Source: Chloroflexota bacterium (GTDB taxonomy: Bacteria; Chloroflexota; Dehalococcoidia; DSTF01; RBG-16-68-14). Taken from it: a stretch of DNA of 62,468 nucleotides. The first letter of the stretch is position 1. Each line of letters opens with the position of its first letter. The stretch is from NCBI GenBank assembly GCA_022562155.1, contig JADFPV010000005.1, positions 1 through 62,468 of the forward strand, read 5' to 3'. The notes beneath the pieces were generated by a model. That model was not told the origin of the DNA, made no database searches, and worked only from the letters and a program-made list of their open reading frames with translations. This document shows, piece after piece, positions 36,028 through 46,743 of the stretch. The translations under genes and the position numbers were made by a program.

Positions 36028-37680
36028 CTAGCGCTCCACGAGGGCCGAGAGCGTATCCTTGCGCTGAAGGAAGTTAAACCAGAGGCCGTCGATCTTGACT
36101 GACCGCACGTCGTACAGCTGCCAGAGGCGGAGGTCGGCGAACAGGGCGTTGCGGGCTACAACAGGTGAGGGGACGGCGGCGAGCACGCGGAACGCCTCCG
36201 TTGTCAGCGGCCCCGGCTGGGCGTCGTTCGTGATGATGATTTCAGGCAGGACGTTGTCTAGGACGTAGTCGATGTTGTACTTCTCGTGGCCGGCGAGCCC
36301 GGTGCCGAAGTCCGGCACATCGGAGTGCGCGATGACAACATCGTTCAGGCCGAGCAGATCGAGGACATCTCGCTCGCCGTAGTACCCGATGGCTCCTACG
36401 GCGAAGGCGGCGATGGTGTAGTCCGGGGGCGTGTTGTCGGACAGCCACCTTCCCAGCACTTCGCGTCCTCGCTGGGCCTGTCGTTCATGCTCGACGGGTC
36501 CAGCGAGTTCGAGCGACGCGTGGAACAGCGACACCGCGCCTAGCGTGAGCACGGCCGCGGCGATCACGCCCGACCGGATGGCCGAAGTAGAGAGTCGACC
36601 GAGAAGAGTCGCGAGTCCTGCAAGCCCCGCGACGTAGACCAAAGGCAAGATAGGGATGATCATGCGCCCATGCGGGAAGTCGTCACCGCCTTCGATTACG
36701 ACTCCTGCGAGCATGGCCGCGGTCAGCACGAGAACGTACGCGGCATCCGATCGCAGGCGGACGTTCGTAAGGAGAACGGCCACACCGCCTAAGAGAGGAA
36801 GGAGTTGGTAACGGAAGGCGTACGTCCAGACGTAATCGAGGCCTCGTTCGTAGAGCGCGGACGTCGGCTCCACCTTCGCGTAGAACGTGTTTGGCAGGAG
36901 ATGGTCGTAGTACGTATAGCGCCATGCGAAGTAGGAACCGTAGAGAACCAGGAGCACCGCCGACCACGACGCGAGTCGCAAAAGCGCCTCGCGGCGGTCG
37001 CTAGCGAAGCCCGCGCGAATAACGAGGAAGGCTCCCGAGACCGCGATCGCGATCAGCCCCTCCGGTCGGGTCATGGCCGTCGCGGCCAGAGCCACGGCTG
37101 ACCAAGGCAGGCCGCCTGCGCGCTGTTCGCGCAAGAACAGAAAGGCACTCAGCGTGAGCAACGCCATGAACGCCGCCGTCTCCATGCCACTGAAGCCCCA
37201 GAACGCTACGCCATCCGTAAGCGCGAGCGCGATGATGGCCGCCGCGATGACCAACGGGCTCGCGAAGTCGCCGGCGGGTTCATCATCACTCCACATGCTC
37301 CAGGTCCGGTGCATGATCAGCATGGTGCCGACAACGGCAGCGAGCCCCAGGACACGCGACATCTCGACTACGTCGAACCCAATCTTCGCCAGTCCTGCGT
37401 GGGTTCCCATCCAGAGGAACGTTGTGTATCCCTCCACACGGCCGTCGCTGTTCCAATTCGGCCCTTGTCCGTCGGCCAGATGCTGTGAGTAGCGCAGCGT
37501 GATCAATGCGTCGTCCGCGTAGAAGTCGAAGTAGAAGGGGCCGTGGATGAGCAAGATTGCGGTTGCGCCGAGTAGCGCGATGGCGGCCGCGAGAAGGCGC
37601 TGTTGGCGTGCGAGCAGGACGCCGCCTGCCGTTGCGATGGCCAGTAGCGAGACGGTGAGGACGTAGAGCGGAAAGGACAT
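36028..37680 (-). CDS. GT-C-type membrane glycosyltransferase
   Basis: YADDALITLRYS, VEGYT, SGMET, TRPEG, LPNTFYAK, DLLGLND. Confidence 0.8.
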   Translation of the reverse strand: MSFPLYVLTVSLLAIATAGGVLLARQQRLLAAAIALLGATAILLIHGPFYFDFYADDALITLRYSQHLADGQGPNWNSDGRVEGYTTFLWMGTHAGLAKIGFDVVEMSRVLGLAAVVGTMLIMHRTWSMWSDDEPAGDFASPLVIAAAIIALALTDGVAFWGFSGMETAAFMALLTLSAFLFLREQRAGGLPWSAVALAATAMTRPEGLIAIAVSGAFLVIRAGFASDRREALLRLASWSAVLLVLYGSYFAWRYTYYDHLLPNTFYAKVEPTSALYERGLDYVWTYAFRYQLLPLLGGVAVLLTNVRLRSDAAYVLVLTAAMLAGVVIEGGDDFPHGRMIIPILPLVYVAGLAGLATLLGRLSTSAIRSGVIAAAVLTLGAVSLFHASLELAGPVEHERQAQRGREVLGRWLSDNTPPDYTIAAFAVGAIGYYGERDVLDLLGLNDVVIAHSDVPDFGTGLAGHEKYNIDYVLDNVLPEIIITNDAQPGPLTTEAFRVLAAVPSPVVARNALFADLRLWQLYDVRSVKIDGLWFNFLQRKDTLSALVER

Positions 37681-37683
37681 CAG

Positions 37684-39336
37684 CTAACGGAGGCCGCTCG
37701 CTTGCAGGTCGCCGAGGGTGTCCCGTCGCTGCATAAAGTGGATCCAGCGGTCCGCGACGCGGAGAGCTCGCGCTTCATAGCGCTCCCACAAGCGAGGGTC
37801 AGTGAGCAAGACGTAGCTGGCTGAGAACAGTGACGTTTCGCGGATCGCCCGCTGTAGTTCGTCGGCGGTGAGCGGTTCGGGGCGGGACTGTCCGACGACG
37901 ATGATCTCAGGCCGGACTTCGTCGTACACGTAGTCTGCGTTGTACTTCTCATGCCCGACGACTCCCCGTCCCATGTCCGGTATCTCCGTGTGGGCGATCA
38001 CCACGTCGTTGAGACCGAGCAGATCGAGGAAGTCGCGGTCGTTCGCGTAGTAGGCAACGGCGCCGATGGCGAAGTCGGCGATGACGTAGTCAGCCGGCGT
38101 ATGTTCGTTGAGCCAAGTACCGAGCGCCCGCCGCTGTTCGATGGCGCGAGAACCGAGCGGCACAAGAGGGTCGTACGAGGCCGGCAAGAGCGAAAGCCCA
38201 CCGAACACAAGCGCAGACGCGCTGATCATCGCGAAGTGCGCCCGCGGAAGCGATGCTCGTCTAAGCAGCGTCGTATAACCGGCGAGGCCCGTGATCAGCA
38301 GCAGTGGCATGATCGGGACGATGAACCGTCCGTGTGAGTCGCCGCCCTCTAACACTACGGCGGCCAGCATCGCTCCGGTGAGCATGATGATATACGTTGC
38401 ATCGCGGCGCCATCGCGGCTCCGCGAGGAGCAGCGCACTACCGACGAACAGGATCCCGAGATGGTACTGGAGCCCGGACGTTGTCACGTAGCGGAGGCCA
38501 CGATCGAGGGCGTCCAGATTGAGCCCGACCTTCGCGTAATAGGTGTTTGGAAGCAGATAGTCGTAGTACGTGTAGCGCCAGAGGAAATAGGAACCGTAGA
38601 GGCCGATGAATACGGCGCCCCAGGAAGCTGCCCAGAGCACAGCTTGGCGTCGGTCTGATGCGGTAGCGGCGTCAAACAGGACGAACGCTCCCGTCACCGC
38701 AACAACAATCAGCCCTTCGGGCCGGGTCATCGCCGTGGCGGCGAGCGCGACCGCCGACCAGGGAACGCCGTGGCTGCGCCGCTCGAGCACATAGCGGTAG
38801 GCGCTGAACGTGACAAGCGCCATGAAGAGCGGCGTCTCCATCCCGGAGAACCCCCAGAAGGCCACGCCGTCGACGAGCGCGAGGCCGAGGAAGACTACGC
38901 CTAGTAAGGCCGGGCTGGCGATGCCGCTATCCGGTCGCTCGCGACTCCAGAGATTCCAGATCAAGTAGACGGCGCCGAACGTCGCCAAGAGCGAGGCGAA
39001 GCCGAGGTAACGTGAAACATCGACGATGTCGAAGCCCAGCTTGGCGAATCCGGCCAAGACGCCCATCCAGAGGAACGTCGTGTAGCCTTCGACGTGGCCT
39101 TCACTGTTCCAGTCTGGCCCTAGGCCCTGGGCGAGGTGGGTCGAATAGCGCAGCGTGATGAAGGCGTCGTCCGCGTAGTAATCGAAATAGATCGGCCCGT
39201 GGACGATGAGCAGGGCGGTGGCGCCAAGGAACGCCACGATGATCGCGAGCGGCCGCCGATCAGCGCATGCGAGAACGCCGCCGATTGTGGCAACGGCAAT
39301 CGCCGAACTCGTGAGCACGAACAGTGGAAACGGCAT
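37684..39336 (-). CDS. GT-C-type membrane glycosyltransferase (tandem paralog)
   Basis: YADDAFITLRYS and the same motif set; both proteins are 550 aa. Confidence 0.8.
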   Translation of the reverse strand: MPFPLFVLTSSAIAVATIGGVLACADRRPLAIIVAFLGATALLIVHGPIYFDYYADDAFITLRYSTHLAQGLGPDWNSEGHVEGYTTFLWMGVLAGFAKLGFDIVDVSRYLGFASLLATFGAVYLIWNLWSRERPDSGIASPALLGVVFLGLALVDGVAFWGFSGMETPLFMALVTFSAYRYVLERRSHGVPWSAVALAATAMTRPEGLIVVAVTGAFVLFDAATASDRRQAVLWAASWGAVFIGLYGSYFLWRYTYYDYLLPNTYYAKVGLNLDALDRGLRYVTTSGLQYHLGILFVGSALLLAEPRWRRDATYIIMLTGAMLAAVVLEGGDSHGRFIVPIMPLLLITGLAGYTTLLRRASLPRAHFAMISASALVFGGLSLLPASYDPLVPLGSRAIEQRRALGTWLNEHTPADYVIADFAIGAVAYYANDRDFLDLLGLNDVVIAHTEIPDMGRGVVGHEKYNADYVYDEVRPEIIVVGQSRPEPLTADELQRAIRETSLFSASYVLLTDPRLWERYEARALRVADRWIHFMQRRDTLGDLQASGLR

Positions 39337-39346
39337 CGCGAAGCGG

Positions 39347-41770
39347 CTAGTGGAGTTCGTCGCTCACGCGCTCAAAGAGGCGGGCCACGATCTGTTTGAG
39401 GCCGGCGTGCTCAGGCTTCGAGAGGTCAGGGTCGTCATCGAGGATTGTTGTGGCTTCGGTGCGCGCTAACTCGATGAGCCTGGTGTCGAGCAGGTTGGCG
39501 ACTCGCAGGTCTGGCAACCCTGCCTGCATCGTGCCGAAAAACTCGCCGGGCCCTCGAATCTCAAGGTCGGCCTGAGCAAGGCGAAAGCCGTCGTTCGTTT
39601 CCTCCAGCAGTCGCAGCCGCTCTTGCGCTTCGAGCGATGGACTCTCGGAGAGCAGCAGACAGTAGGATTGGTCGGCGCCACGCCCAACGCGGCCTCGGAA
39701 CTGGTGGAGCTGTGAGAGTCCGAAGCGGTCCGCCCCTTCGATCATCATGACCGTTGCGTTGGGTATGTCGATACCGACCTCGACGACGGACGTCGAGACG
39801 AGGATCTGCGCCTCGCCCGAACGGAAGCGCTGCATGGCCGCGTCTTTGTCGCGCCCGGCCATCCGGCCGTGGATTAGTTCCACCTCCAGGTCAGGGTAGA
39901 TGTCCGACTTGAGACGTTCGTATTCCTGGACTGCCGATTTCGCTTGCAGCGCCTCGGACTCCTCAACGAGTGGACAGATTACAAAGGCCTGCCGGCCCGC
40001 ATCGACTTGGCCACGCAAGAACGCGTATGCGCCATCGCGCTCCTCGGGCGGCCACCAGCGTGTGCTGATCGGCTTGCGTCCCGGCGGAAGCTCATCGATC
40101 ACTGAGACATCGAGGTCGCCGTAGAGCGTCAGGTACAGCGAGCGCGGGATCGGCGTCGCCGTCATCACGAGCATATGCACGGAACGCTCTGATTTGTCAC
40201 GTAGGGCAGCGCGCTGCATGACACCGAAGCGATGCTGCTCATCGACGATGACGAAGCCGAGGTTCGGGAAATCGACGTCCTCTTGAATCAACGCGTGCGT
40301 CCCGATGGCGAGGTCGACGTCGCCTGCGCGGATCGCTTCATGGACGGCCGTCTTCTGTTTGGCGCCCATGCTGCCTTTGAGCAGTCCGATTCGTAGAGGC
40401 CGGTCGAGGTACGGCGGCGTCGCTTCCACGATAGGACCGTCGCTTTCAGCACCGAAGAGACCGCAGATGGTCCGGAAGTGCTGGTCCGCGAGCACCTCAG
40501 TTGGAGCCATCATCACAGCTTGCCGTCCGGACTTTACGGCTGCCAACAGGCCGCAGGCCGCGACAACAGTCTTGCCTGAGCCGACGTCGCCCTGGAGGAG
40601 GCGGCTCATCGGCACGTCGCGCGCTAGGTCCTCAAGCAACTGATCGAGGACCTTCTGCTGGGCAGACGTGAGTTCGAACGGCAGCGTCGCGAGGAAGGAA
40701 GACTTCAGTTCTTCGTCGAGTGCTATCGAGTCAGCCGTACCGGCCTTCTGCCAGAGCTGACGACGCAAGAGGACGGATATCTGTAAGGGAAGCAGTTCGT
40801 CGATAGCGAGGCGCCGGCGTGCCTTCGCCAGTTCGTCAAGGGTGTCCGGGTAGTGGGCCTGCGCGACGGCCTTGCGGATGTCGCCGAGACCCAGGCGCTG
40901 ACGCAGCGCCTCCGGCAGCGGATCAGATAGTTTATCCAGGTAGCCGTCCAGCGCGGCTCTCGCGAAGCGCCGGACATTTCGGCCGGTGAGGCCTGCCGTT
41001 GCGGGATACACCGGCACGAGCCGCCCGGTATGGGTGAGCTCCTCCTGTCCGTCCCAGAGTTCCCATTCCGGATTTTCGAACGACGGCCGGCCCTTGTACA
41101 GTCTGACCCGGCCGGAGAGGACGATCTCCGCGTTCGTGCGAAGCTGGCGCGCGATAAAAGGCATGTTGAACCAGACGACCTTCATCATGCCGGAGTCGTC
41201 GCCGACGGTTGCCTCGGTGCCTTTCCGCGCGCCGAGGCGTTTCTCATCCGCGCTCCAGACCGTTGCACGCACCGTCTCCTCTTCGCCCGGCGTCAGCTCT
41301 CCGACCTGCCGCAGATTCGAGTAGTCGATATGGCGGCGTGGGAAGAGGAACAGCAGGTCGCGCACTGTCTGGACTCCTAGTTTCTCGAACTTGTCCGCCA
41401 GACCAGCCTTGATGCCTTTCAGCACCGTGATCGGCGAATCGATGCCTGGCGACGGTGGCGGTGGAGCGGAGCTGCGTGGTGGGCGCGGCGTCGCCGCGCG
41501 CGAGGGGGCCGGTCGGCCGCCAAGCGCCCGGAGGACGTCCTCCAGCCAGGCGTTGCGTTCGTGTTTGGCCAAGCCACCGTAGCCACTGTTAGGGAGAGCG
41601 CGGATGGCGTCCGCGGCCGGCGAGTGCATCGTGGAGGAGCCGGCAAGGTAGTTGTTGAGGAAGCCGTCCAGGCCACCGGCGACGGCTCCGTTCGAGTAGT
41701 CACGTTGGCGTTCCAGTTCGAGGATCCTACGGAGGCGTTCGTCGGTGATCGTTTGGCTCGTGGACGTCAA
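39347..41770 (-). CDS. recG: ATP-dependent DNA helicase RecG
   Basis: RLLQGDVGSGKT, DEQHRFG, MTATPIPR, QFRGRVGRG, DLEIRGPGE. Confidence 0.97.
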   Translation of the reverse strand: MTSTSQTITDERLRRILELERQRDYSNGAVAGGLDGFLNNYLAGSSTMHSPAADAIRALPNSGYGGLAKHERNAWLEDVLRALGGRPAPSRAATPRPPRSSAPPPPSPGIDSPITVLKGIKAGLADKFEKLGVQTVRDLLFLFPRRHIDYSNLRQVGELTPGEEETVRATVWSADEKRLGARKGTEATVGDDSGMMKVVWFNMPFIARQLRTNAEIVLSGRVRLYKGRPSFENPEWELWDGQEELTHTGRLVPVYPATAGLTGRNVRRFARAALDGYLDKLSDPLPEALRQRLGLGDIRKAVAQAHYPDTLDELAKARRRLAIDELLPLQISVLLRRQLWQKAGTADSIALDEELKSSFLATLPFELTSAQQKVLDQLLEDLARDVPMSRLLQGDVGSGKTVVAACGLLAAVKSGRQAVMMAPTEVLADQHFRTICGLFGAESDGPIVEATPPYLDRPLRIGLLKGSMGAKQKTAVHEAIRAGDVDLAIGTHALIQEDVDFPNLGFVIVDEQHRFGVMQRAALRDKSERSVHMLVMTATPIPRSLYLTLYGDLDVSVIDELPPGRKPISTRWWPPEERDGAYAFLRGQVDAGRQAFVICPLVEESEALQAKSAVQEYERLKSDIYPDLEVELIHGRMAGRDKDAAMQRFRSGEAQILVSTSVVEVGIDIPNATVMMIEGADRFGLSQLHQFRGRVGRGADQSYCLLLSESPSLEAQERLRLLEETNDGFRLAQADLEIRGPGEFFGTMQAGLPDLRVANLLDTRLIELARTEATTILDDDPDLSKPEHAGLKQIVARLFERVSDELH

Positions 41771-42684
41771 GATGACGGCTCGCTTGCAGGTCGCTCGGCC
41801 AGGATGACGGCGAGGCCGATCAGCCCAGGCCCCGCGTGAACGCCGATGACGGGACCGATCCTGCCGGCGTGGATTGGAATGTTGGGGTAGCGTCGTCTAA
41901 TCTCTTCTGTCAGATACACTGCGTCTTCGATGTCGGTCGTATGCATGACGGTCGCTTCTTCTACGTCGCCTGATTCCAGGCAGACGCGTAAGAGCTCGTC
42001 CAGCGCTTTCTTGCGTGTACGGACGCGACTGAGGGGGAAGGCCTCGCCGTCGCGAATCGTCAGGATCGGCTTGAGCCGGAGCAGCCCTCCGATAAACGCC
42101 GTCGCCCTGCCGATGCGGCCACCGCGTCGAAGGTACTCCAGCGTATCAAGTGCAACGGCAAGGCGTTGTCGTCCCAGCACGGAGCGCGCGATCCGCTCGC
42201 AGGTGTCGACGTCGGCGCCGCCCGCGGCGGCACGCGCCGCAGCGATCACGCTAAAGCCCATAGCCATCGAGACCGTGCCGGAGTCGATGACCTCGATCTG
42301 ACACTCTTCCGCAAGCGTCGCGGCGGCCTGTTCGGCCGCGCCGACTGTCCCCGAAAAGCCCGATGAGAGGTGAATCGAGAGTACATGGTCTGTTTCTTCG
42401 GCGAGCCGTTGATAGACCTCCTGGAATTCGCCGATCGAGGGTTGTGATGTGGTCGGTAGCTCCTCGGCCTCCGCGAGCTTTCGGAAGAACTCCTCGCTTG
42501 AAAGGTCTACACCATCACGAAAACTCTCAGAACCGAAGATCACCTGTAGCGGGACGACGGTGATGCCTAGTTCGGCCGCAAGCTCGGCTGGTATATCGGC
42601 CGTGCTGTCGGTGACCAGGCGGACCGGCTTCGGACGTTGTCGTTGGCCGGGAAGAAGGCTCCGAAGGCGCTGAACGATCGTCAT
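41767..42684 (-). CDS. DegV family fatty acid-binding protein (FakB-like)
   Basis: VTDSTAD, PTTSQPS, LRRGGRI, GVHAGPG. Confidence 0.93.
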   Translation of the reverse strand: MTIVQRLRSLLPGQRQRPKPVRLVTDSTADIPAELAAELGITVVPLQVIFGSESFRDGVDLSSEEFFRKLAEAEELPTTSQPSIGEFQEVYQRLAEETDHVLSIHLSSGFSGTVGAAEQAAATLAEECQIEVIDSGTVSMAMGFSVIAAARAAAGGADVDTCERIARSVLGRQRLAVALDTLEYLRRGGRIGRATAFIGGLLRLKPILTIRDGEAFPLSRVRTRKKALDELLRVCLESGDVEEATVMHTTDIEDAVYLTEEIRRRYPNIPIHAGRIGPVIGVHAGPGLIGLAVILAERPASEPSS

Positions 42685-44339
42685 TCGAGCGACAGCAGGT
42701 ACGAGTAGTGCCGTTGTCCGCCTGGCACCAGCTCGACTTCGAGATCTGGATTGCGTTCGCGAAGCTCCCGGACGAGCGCTTCGGCCTCGTGCTGGCGCAC
42801 GTCAGCGCCGGAGTAGACCGTGAGCAGGCTCGAACGAGCGGGGTCCATTTCCGTGATTGAGTCGTGGACCGCCTGCTCCAGGTCTGTCGAAACGACAGTG
42901 AGGTCGCCGTCGACGATGCCGATCGCTTGTCCGGCGTGGATCTTGCGGCCATTGATGACCGTCGCCCGGACAGCTCGCGTGACCTCCGCCGAGCGCACCG
43001 CTGCCGCGGCGCGTGCCATTGAGCCGACGTTTTCATCGAATGACTGATCGGGGCTCAAAGCAAGGACGGCGGTAACACCCTGAGGAATGGACTTCGATGG
43101 CACAACAGTGGCCGTCTTTTTGGCTTCCGCGGCGGCCTGCTCGGCGGCGGCGATGACGTTGCCGTTGTTCGGCAGGATGATGACGTGGTCCTGAGGGCAG
43201 GCGTCGATCGCCTCGAGGATTTCGCCGGCGCTAGGGTTCATCGTTTGGCCGCCCTCGATGAGCTGCGTGACCCCGATGCTGCGGAACGCCGCCTCGATTC
43301 CCGGGCCCTCCGCGACGGCCACGATACCGATGTCGGCCAGGGTTGCTGCTTCCTTCGAAGCGAACTCCAGGACCTGCTGCTCCATGTTATCGACCTTGAC
43401 CTGGGAAACGTCTCCCAGTGTGTGTCCATACGCCAGCGCATCGTCAGGCGTAGCCGTGTGGACGTGGACGCGCAGGAGGCTCTCGTCGCCGACAACGAGG
43501 AGGGAGTCGCCGAACTGCTGCAGATGAGACCGGACCTCCCCTGCGTCTGTCGCCGCACCGGCTACGACGAACTCTGTGCAGTAACCCGCCGTCCCGTGCC
43601 GTGCGTCGTGGAGGGAGGCAGCCTGGCTTTGCCAACCCGCGATGTCCGGAATCTCCGGCGTCAGATCGACGTCCAGCGTCTTACCGTGAAACGACCGCGA
43701 TAGTCCTTCAAGCAGGATCGCAAGGCCGAGGCCTCCAGCGTCGACGACTCCGGCCTCCTTGAGCACCGGCAACAGCTCAGGCGTCTGTTCCACTGCTGCA
43801 TGGGCTGCGGCCGCGGCGTTTGCCAGCACTTGGCCGGCGTTCAGGTGATCGGCGCTGGCAGCATCAGCCGCGGCACGAATGACGGTGAGGATCGTACCCT
43901 CCCTCGGCTCCGCGAGCGCCGCGTAGGCGTCGTCGGCTGCGCTGGCCAGTGCGCCGGCTAGCGTTGCTCCGCCGACGTTGGTCTCGCCGTCCAGGCTGCG
44001 AGCGAAGCCCCTGAGGATCTGCGACAGGATCACGCCGGAGTTGCCCCTAGCGCCCATGAGCGCGCCATGGGCGAGCGCTTCCGCGACGTCCGGTGCGTCG
44101 GTAACCTCCAGGGCATTCATCGCCTCGATAGCGGCCTTCATCGTCAGGTGCATGTTGGTGCCGGTGTCGCCGTCGGGCACGGGGAAGACGTTGATCGCGT
44201 TCAGGGCGGCGACGTGTCGTTCGAGGAGGGCCCGAGCATCGATGAACATGGTTCGCAGACGCGACCCTGTCAGCGTTTGGACGTTGGGTTGGTTGGTGTT
44301 CCGGCTCAGATTGGCGGGCTCGTCAGTTGAATCGACCAT
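42681..44339 (-). CDS. DAK2 domain protein (fatty acid kinase FakA-like)
   Basis: NVFPVPDGDTGTNM, GARGNSGVILSQ, GGQTMNPS. Confidence 0.94.
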   Translation of the reverse strand: MVDSTDEPANLSRNTNQPNVQTLTGSRLRTMFIDARALLERHVAALNAINVFPVPDGDTGTNMHLTMKAAIEAMNALEVTDAPDVAEALAHGALMGARGNSGVILSQILRGFARSLDGETNVGGATLAGALASAADDAYAALAEPREGTILTVIRAAADAASADHLNAGQVLANAAAAAHAAVEQTPELLPVLKEAGVVDAGGLGLAILLEGLSRSFHGKTLDVDLTPEIPDIAGWQSQAASLHDARHGTAGYCTEFVVAGAATDAGEVRSHLQQFGDSLLVVGDESLLRVHVHTATPDDALAYGHTLGDVSQVKVDNMEQQVLEFASKEAATLADIGIVAVAEGPGIEAAFRSIGVTQLIEGGQTMNPSAGEILEAIDACPQDHVIILPNNGNVIAAAEQAAAEAKKTATVVPSKSIPQGVTAVLALSPDQSFDENVGSMARAAAAVRSAEVTRAVRATVINGRKIHAGQAIGIVDGDLTVVSTDLEQAVHDSITEMDPARSSLLTVYSGADVRQHEAEALVRELRERNPDLEVELVPGGQRHYSYLLSLE

Positions 44340-44433
44340 GGTGTCGGTTGTCCGCTACCGGTGGCCTTGGTATCATACGGCATCGTATTCCAGCTTGCCC
44401 GATCGAGGCAAGATAAGGAGTAAATAAGCTCAA

Positions 44434-44646
44434 ATGGCAGCAAGATGTGGCCTGTGCGGCAAAGGCACCGCATTCGGTCAGAACATTCGGCACAAGAGCA
44501 CGGGCCGCTGGGAGCGGAAGGCTTCCCGCACGAAGCGGAAGTTCAGGCCGAACCTGCAGCACCACTTTGTCTTTAGAGAGGGACGCAAGGTGCGCATGCG
44601 ACTCTGCACTCGGTGCCTCCGCACCGAGCTGCGGGCGGCGGTCTAA
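44434..44646 (+). CDS. rpmB: 50S ribosomal protein L28 (Zn-binding form)
   Basis: CGLCGK...RTKRKFRPNLQ...CTRCLR; divergent from the DAK2 gene. Confidence 0.95.
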   Translation: MAARCGLCGKGTAFGQNIRHKSTGRWERKASRTKRKFRPNLQHHFVFREGRKVRMRLCTRCLRTELRAAV

Positions 44647-44663
44647 CCTCAGTCCCCGCTTCC

Positions 44664-45344
44664 TCAAGCACTAGGTTCGTTCGAAGCGAGAGCTTCTCGT
44701 AGTTCGCGCATGTTGTCGGCTACAGACGCCTTGTCGTTGAAGACGACCGACCCCGCGACGAGCACGTTCGCGCCCGCCGCCGCGCACTCGGCGGCGTTGT
44801 GCACTTTCACCCCGCCGTCGATCTCGATGTCTGGATTCAGCCCTCGTTCGTCGAGCAGTTCGCGTAGCTCTCGGAGCTTCGGAAGCGTCTCGGGAATGAG
44901 CGACTGGCCTCCCCAGCCTGGGTTGACGCCCATGACGAGCACCTGGTCGATCTCCTCAAGGACGCCTTCGATTGCGGAGATTGCTGTCTCCGGGTTGAGC
45001 CCCACGCCCGCGCGACAGCCGAGCGCCTTGATCCGCGCCAGAATGCCTGGCAGGTCATCGCAGGCCTCGACGTGCACGTCGAGGGTGTCGCCGCCGGCCT
45101 TCGCGAACGCCTCGATCTGCCGTTCCGGATGTTCGATCATCAGGTGAACGTCGAGCGGTAGGTCCGTGATCTTGTCGATCGCCTTGACGACGATCGCGCC
45201 AAACGAGATCGGCGGGACGAAGTGGCCGTCCATCACGTCCAGGTGCAGGACATCGGCGCCTGCCGCCTCAACGGCGCGCACTTCCTCGGCCAGCCGCCCG
45301 AGGTCGGCGGTGAGAAATGACGGCGCGATCTTGATGGCGGGCAT
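44664..45344 (-). CDS. rpe: Ribulose-phosphate 3-epimerase
   Basis: HLDVMDGHFVP, DVHLM, EIDGGV. Confidence 0.96.
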   Translation of the reverse strand: MPAIKIAPSFLTADLGRLAEEVRAVEAAGADVLHLDVMDGHFVPPISFGAIVVKAIDKITDLPLDVHLMIEHPERQIEAFAKAGGDTLDVHVEACDDLPGILARIKALGCRAGVGLNPETAISAIEGVLEEIDQVLVMGVNPGWGGQSLIPETLPKLRELRELLDERGLNPDIEIDGGVKVHNAAECAAAGANVLVAGSVVFNDKASVADNMRELREALASNEPSA

Positions 45345-45346
45345 AG

Positions 45347-45844
45347 TCAGACGACCTGCTCAAGGGGCTCAAAGCCCATCCTTTGATAGAGGTGCTCCGC
45401 TGGTTCATTGCCGGCGGTGACGACGAGGTTGAGGACAGTCTCACTCTTCGCTTCTAGCGCGTTCATGCTCAGCTGGATCAGAGTCCGCGCAAGCCCACGG
45501 TTCTGGTGCGAGGGCGTCGTGAACACCTGCGGCAGCAGAGGGTCGCCTTGGTCAAGCGAAGCGAGCACGGCACTGATCGCACGACCGGTCTCGAATGCGA
45601 CGTAGCTACAATCGAGCAATGGAGCGCCGAAGTCGCCCGCGAAGTATCTCTCGATGTGAACGATTGCTTCTGCTGCGCTCTTGTGCCTCTCGTCGATCGT
45701 GCCGCGGTAAGCGTCGAACATGAGCGAACCGAGAGCTTGGCAGTCGTCTGCCGTGGGATGGCGATGGTCACGTCGAAGTTCGACCGGTCGGGAGATGACG
45801 CTTGCACGCCAGATCTGACGAGGGTGCGTCTTGATCTGCGGCAT
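45347..45844 (-). CDS. GNAT N-acetyltransferase
   Basis: HQNRGLA, GNEPAEHLYQRMGF; TGATG-coupled start. Confidence 0.85.
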   Translation of the reverse strand: MPQIKTHPRQIWRASVISRPVELRRDHRHPTADDCQALGSLMFDAYRGTIDERHKSAAEAIVHIERYFAGDFGAPLLDCSYVAFETGRAISAVLASLDQGDPLLPQVFTTPSHQNRGLARTLIQLSMNALEAKSETVLNLVVTAGNEPAEHLYQRMGFEPLEQVV

Positions 45845-46743
45845 CAGTCCAGCCTTTTGGTGTAGTTCCAGTTGTGGCCGGCGACGCGAAAGCCGCACGA
45901 CTCATAGAGCATCTGTGCGCCCGGATTGTCGGTCGAAGTGTAGACGATGGCGCGTTCCGCCCCGAGCGCCTTAAGCCGGTGCAGCCCCTCCAAGATCAGG
46001 GCACGCGTGACGCCTTTGCGCCGATGGTTTGGATGGCAGCCGACCGGCTGGAACTCGCCAACCTTGATAGCATCGTCGTACCAGGCGTTCGTGCACGAGA
46101 CGAAAGCGCCTTCGGGGCCGACTGCGACCAGGTCCAACTCCTGCCGGTAGCCCGGCATCTTGACTAGCTCCTGGTAGACATCGGTGGATAACGCAGATGG
46201 CTTCTCGTCCGACCAGGCCGCGCGATGTGCTTCAGCACGACGTTCGATCCCGTCAGTGCCTGTGATGCCGCGGACGCTGTAGCCTTCCGGAGGGTCGGGC
46301 GAGTTGAAACCGGTCGTCAGATCGATTAGGAGGTGCTGATCGCCGTAGCCGGCTCTAGCGTACCCGCGATCAGCTAAGAACGCGCTGCGGCGGTCGTCAC
46401 CGAGGAAGCAGTCTGTGCTGAAGTCTTTGGAACCGCGACGGCGGGCCTCGTCCTCGAATCGGGCGAATATGATTGTCTCGGTCTGCTCATCGGCGTCCGG
46501 ATGTCGCATGGCGTTGCCGCCCACGGCGTGATCCAGCCAAAACAGGCCAGTAAGGTGACCCGATGAGTCGTGCCATACGTGGATGTCCTCTTCCGGATCA
46601 CGCCCAGGCCATGGAAGCAGCCCCCAGTACAGGTCGCCGACGTGGAGCGTGACGCGCGGCCCATCGCGGCGCCACTTCTCCGAGATGAGGGTGTGTAGCG
46701 CGGGGATGTCCTCCCAGCGGAAGAATCGCGATGTAAGCTCCAT
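45844..46743 (-). CDS. GNAT N-acetyltransferase (two-domain)
   Basis: VGCHPNHRRKGV, NPGAQMLYESCGF; TGATG-coupled to argH. Confidence 0.88.
   Translation of the reverse strand: MELTSRFFRWEDIPALHTLISEKWRRDGPRVTLHVGDLYWGLLPWPGRDPEEDIHVWHDSSGHLTGLFWLDHAVGGNAMRHPDADEQTETIIFARFEDEARRRGSKDFSTDCFLGDDRRSAFLADRGYARAGYGDQHLLIDLTTGFNSPDPPEGYSVRGITGTDGIERRAEAHRAAWSDEKPSALSTDVYQELVKMPGYRQELDLVAVGPEGAFVSCTNAWYDDAIKVGEFQPVGCHPNHRRKGVTRALILEGLHRLKALGAERAIVYTSTDNPGAQMLYESCGFRVAGHNWNYTKRLD

Noticed and set aside
35316-36077. ORFs containing HPELVEG/SFDKLRM/LSLSKD repeats
   Set aside because: These are translations of the palindromic DNA repeats, open in several frames.
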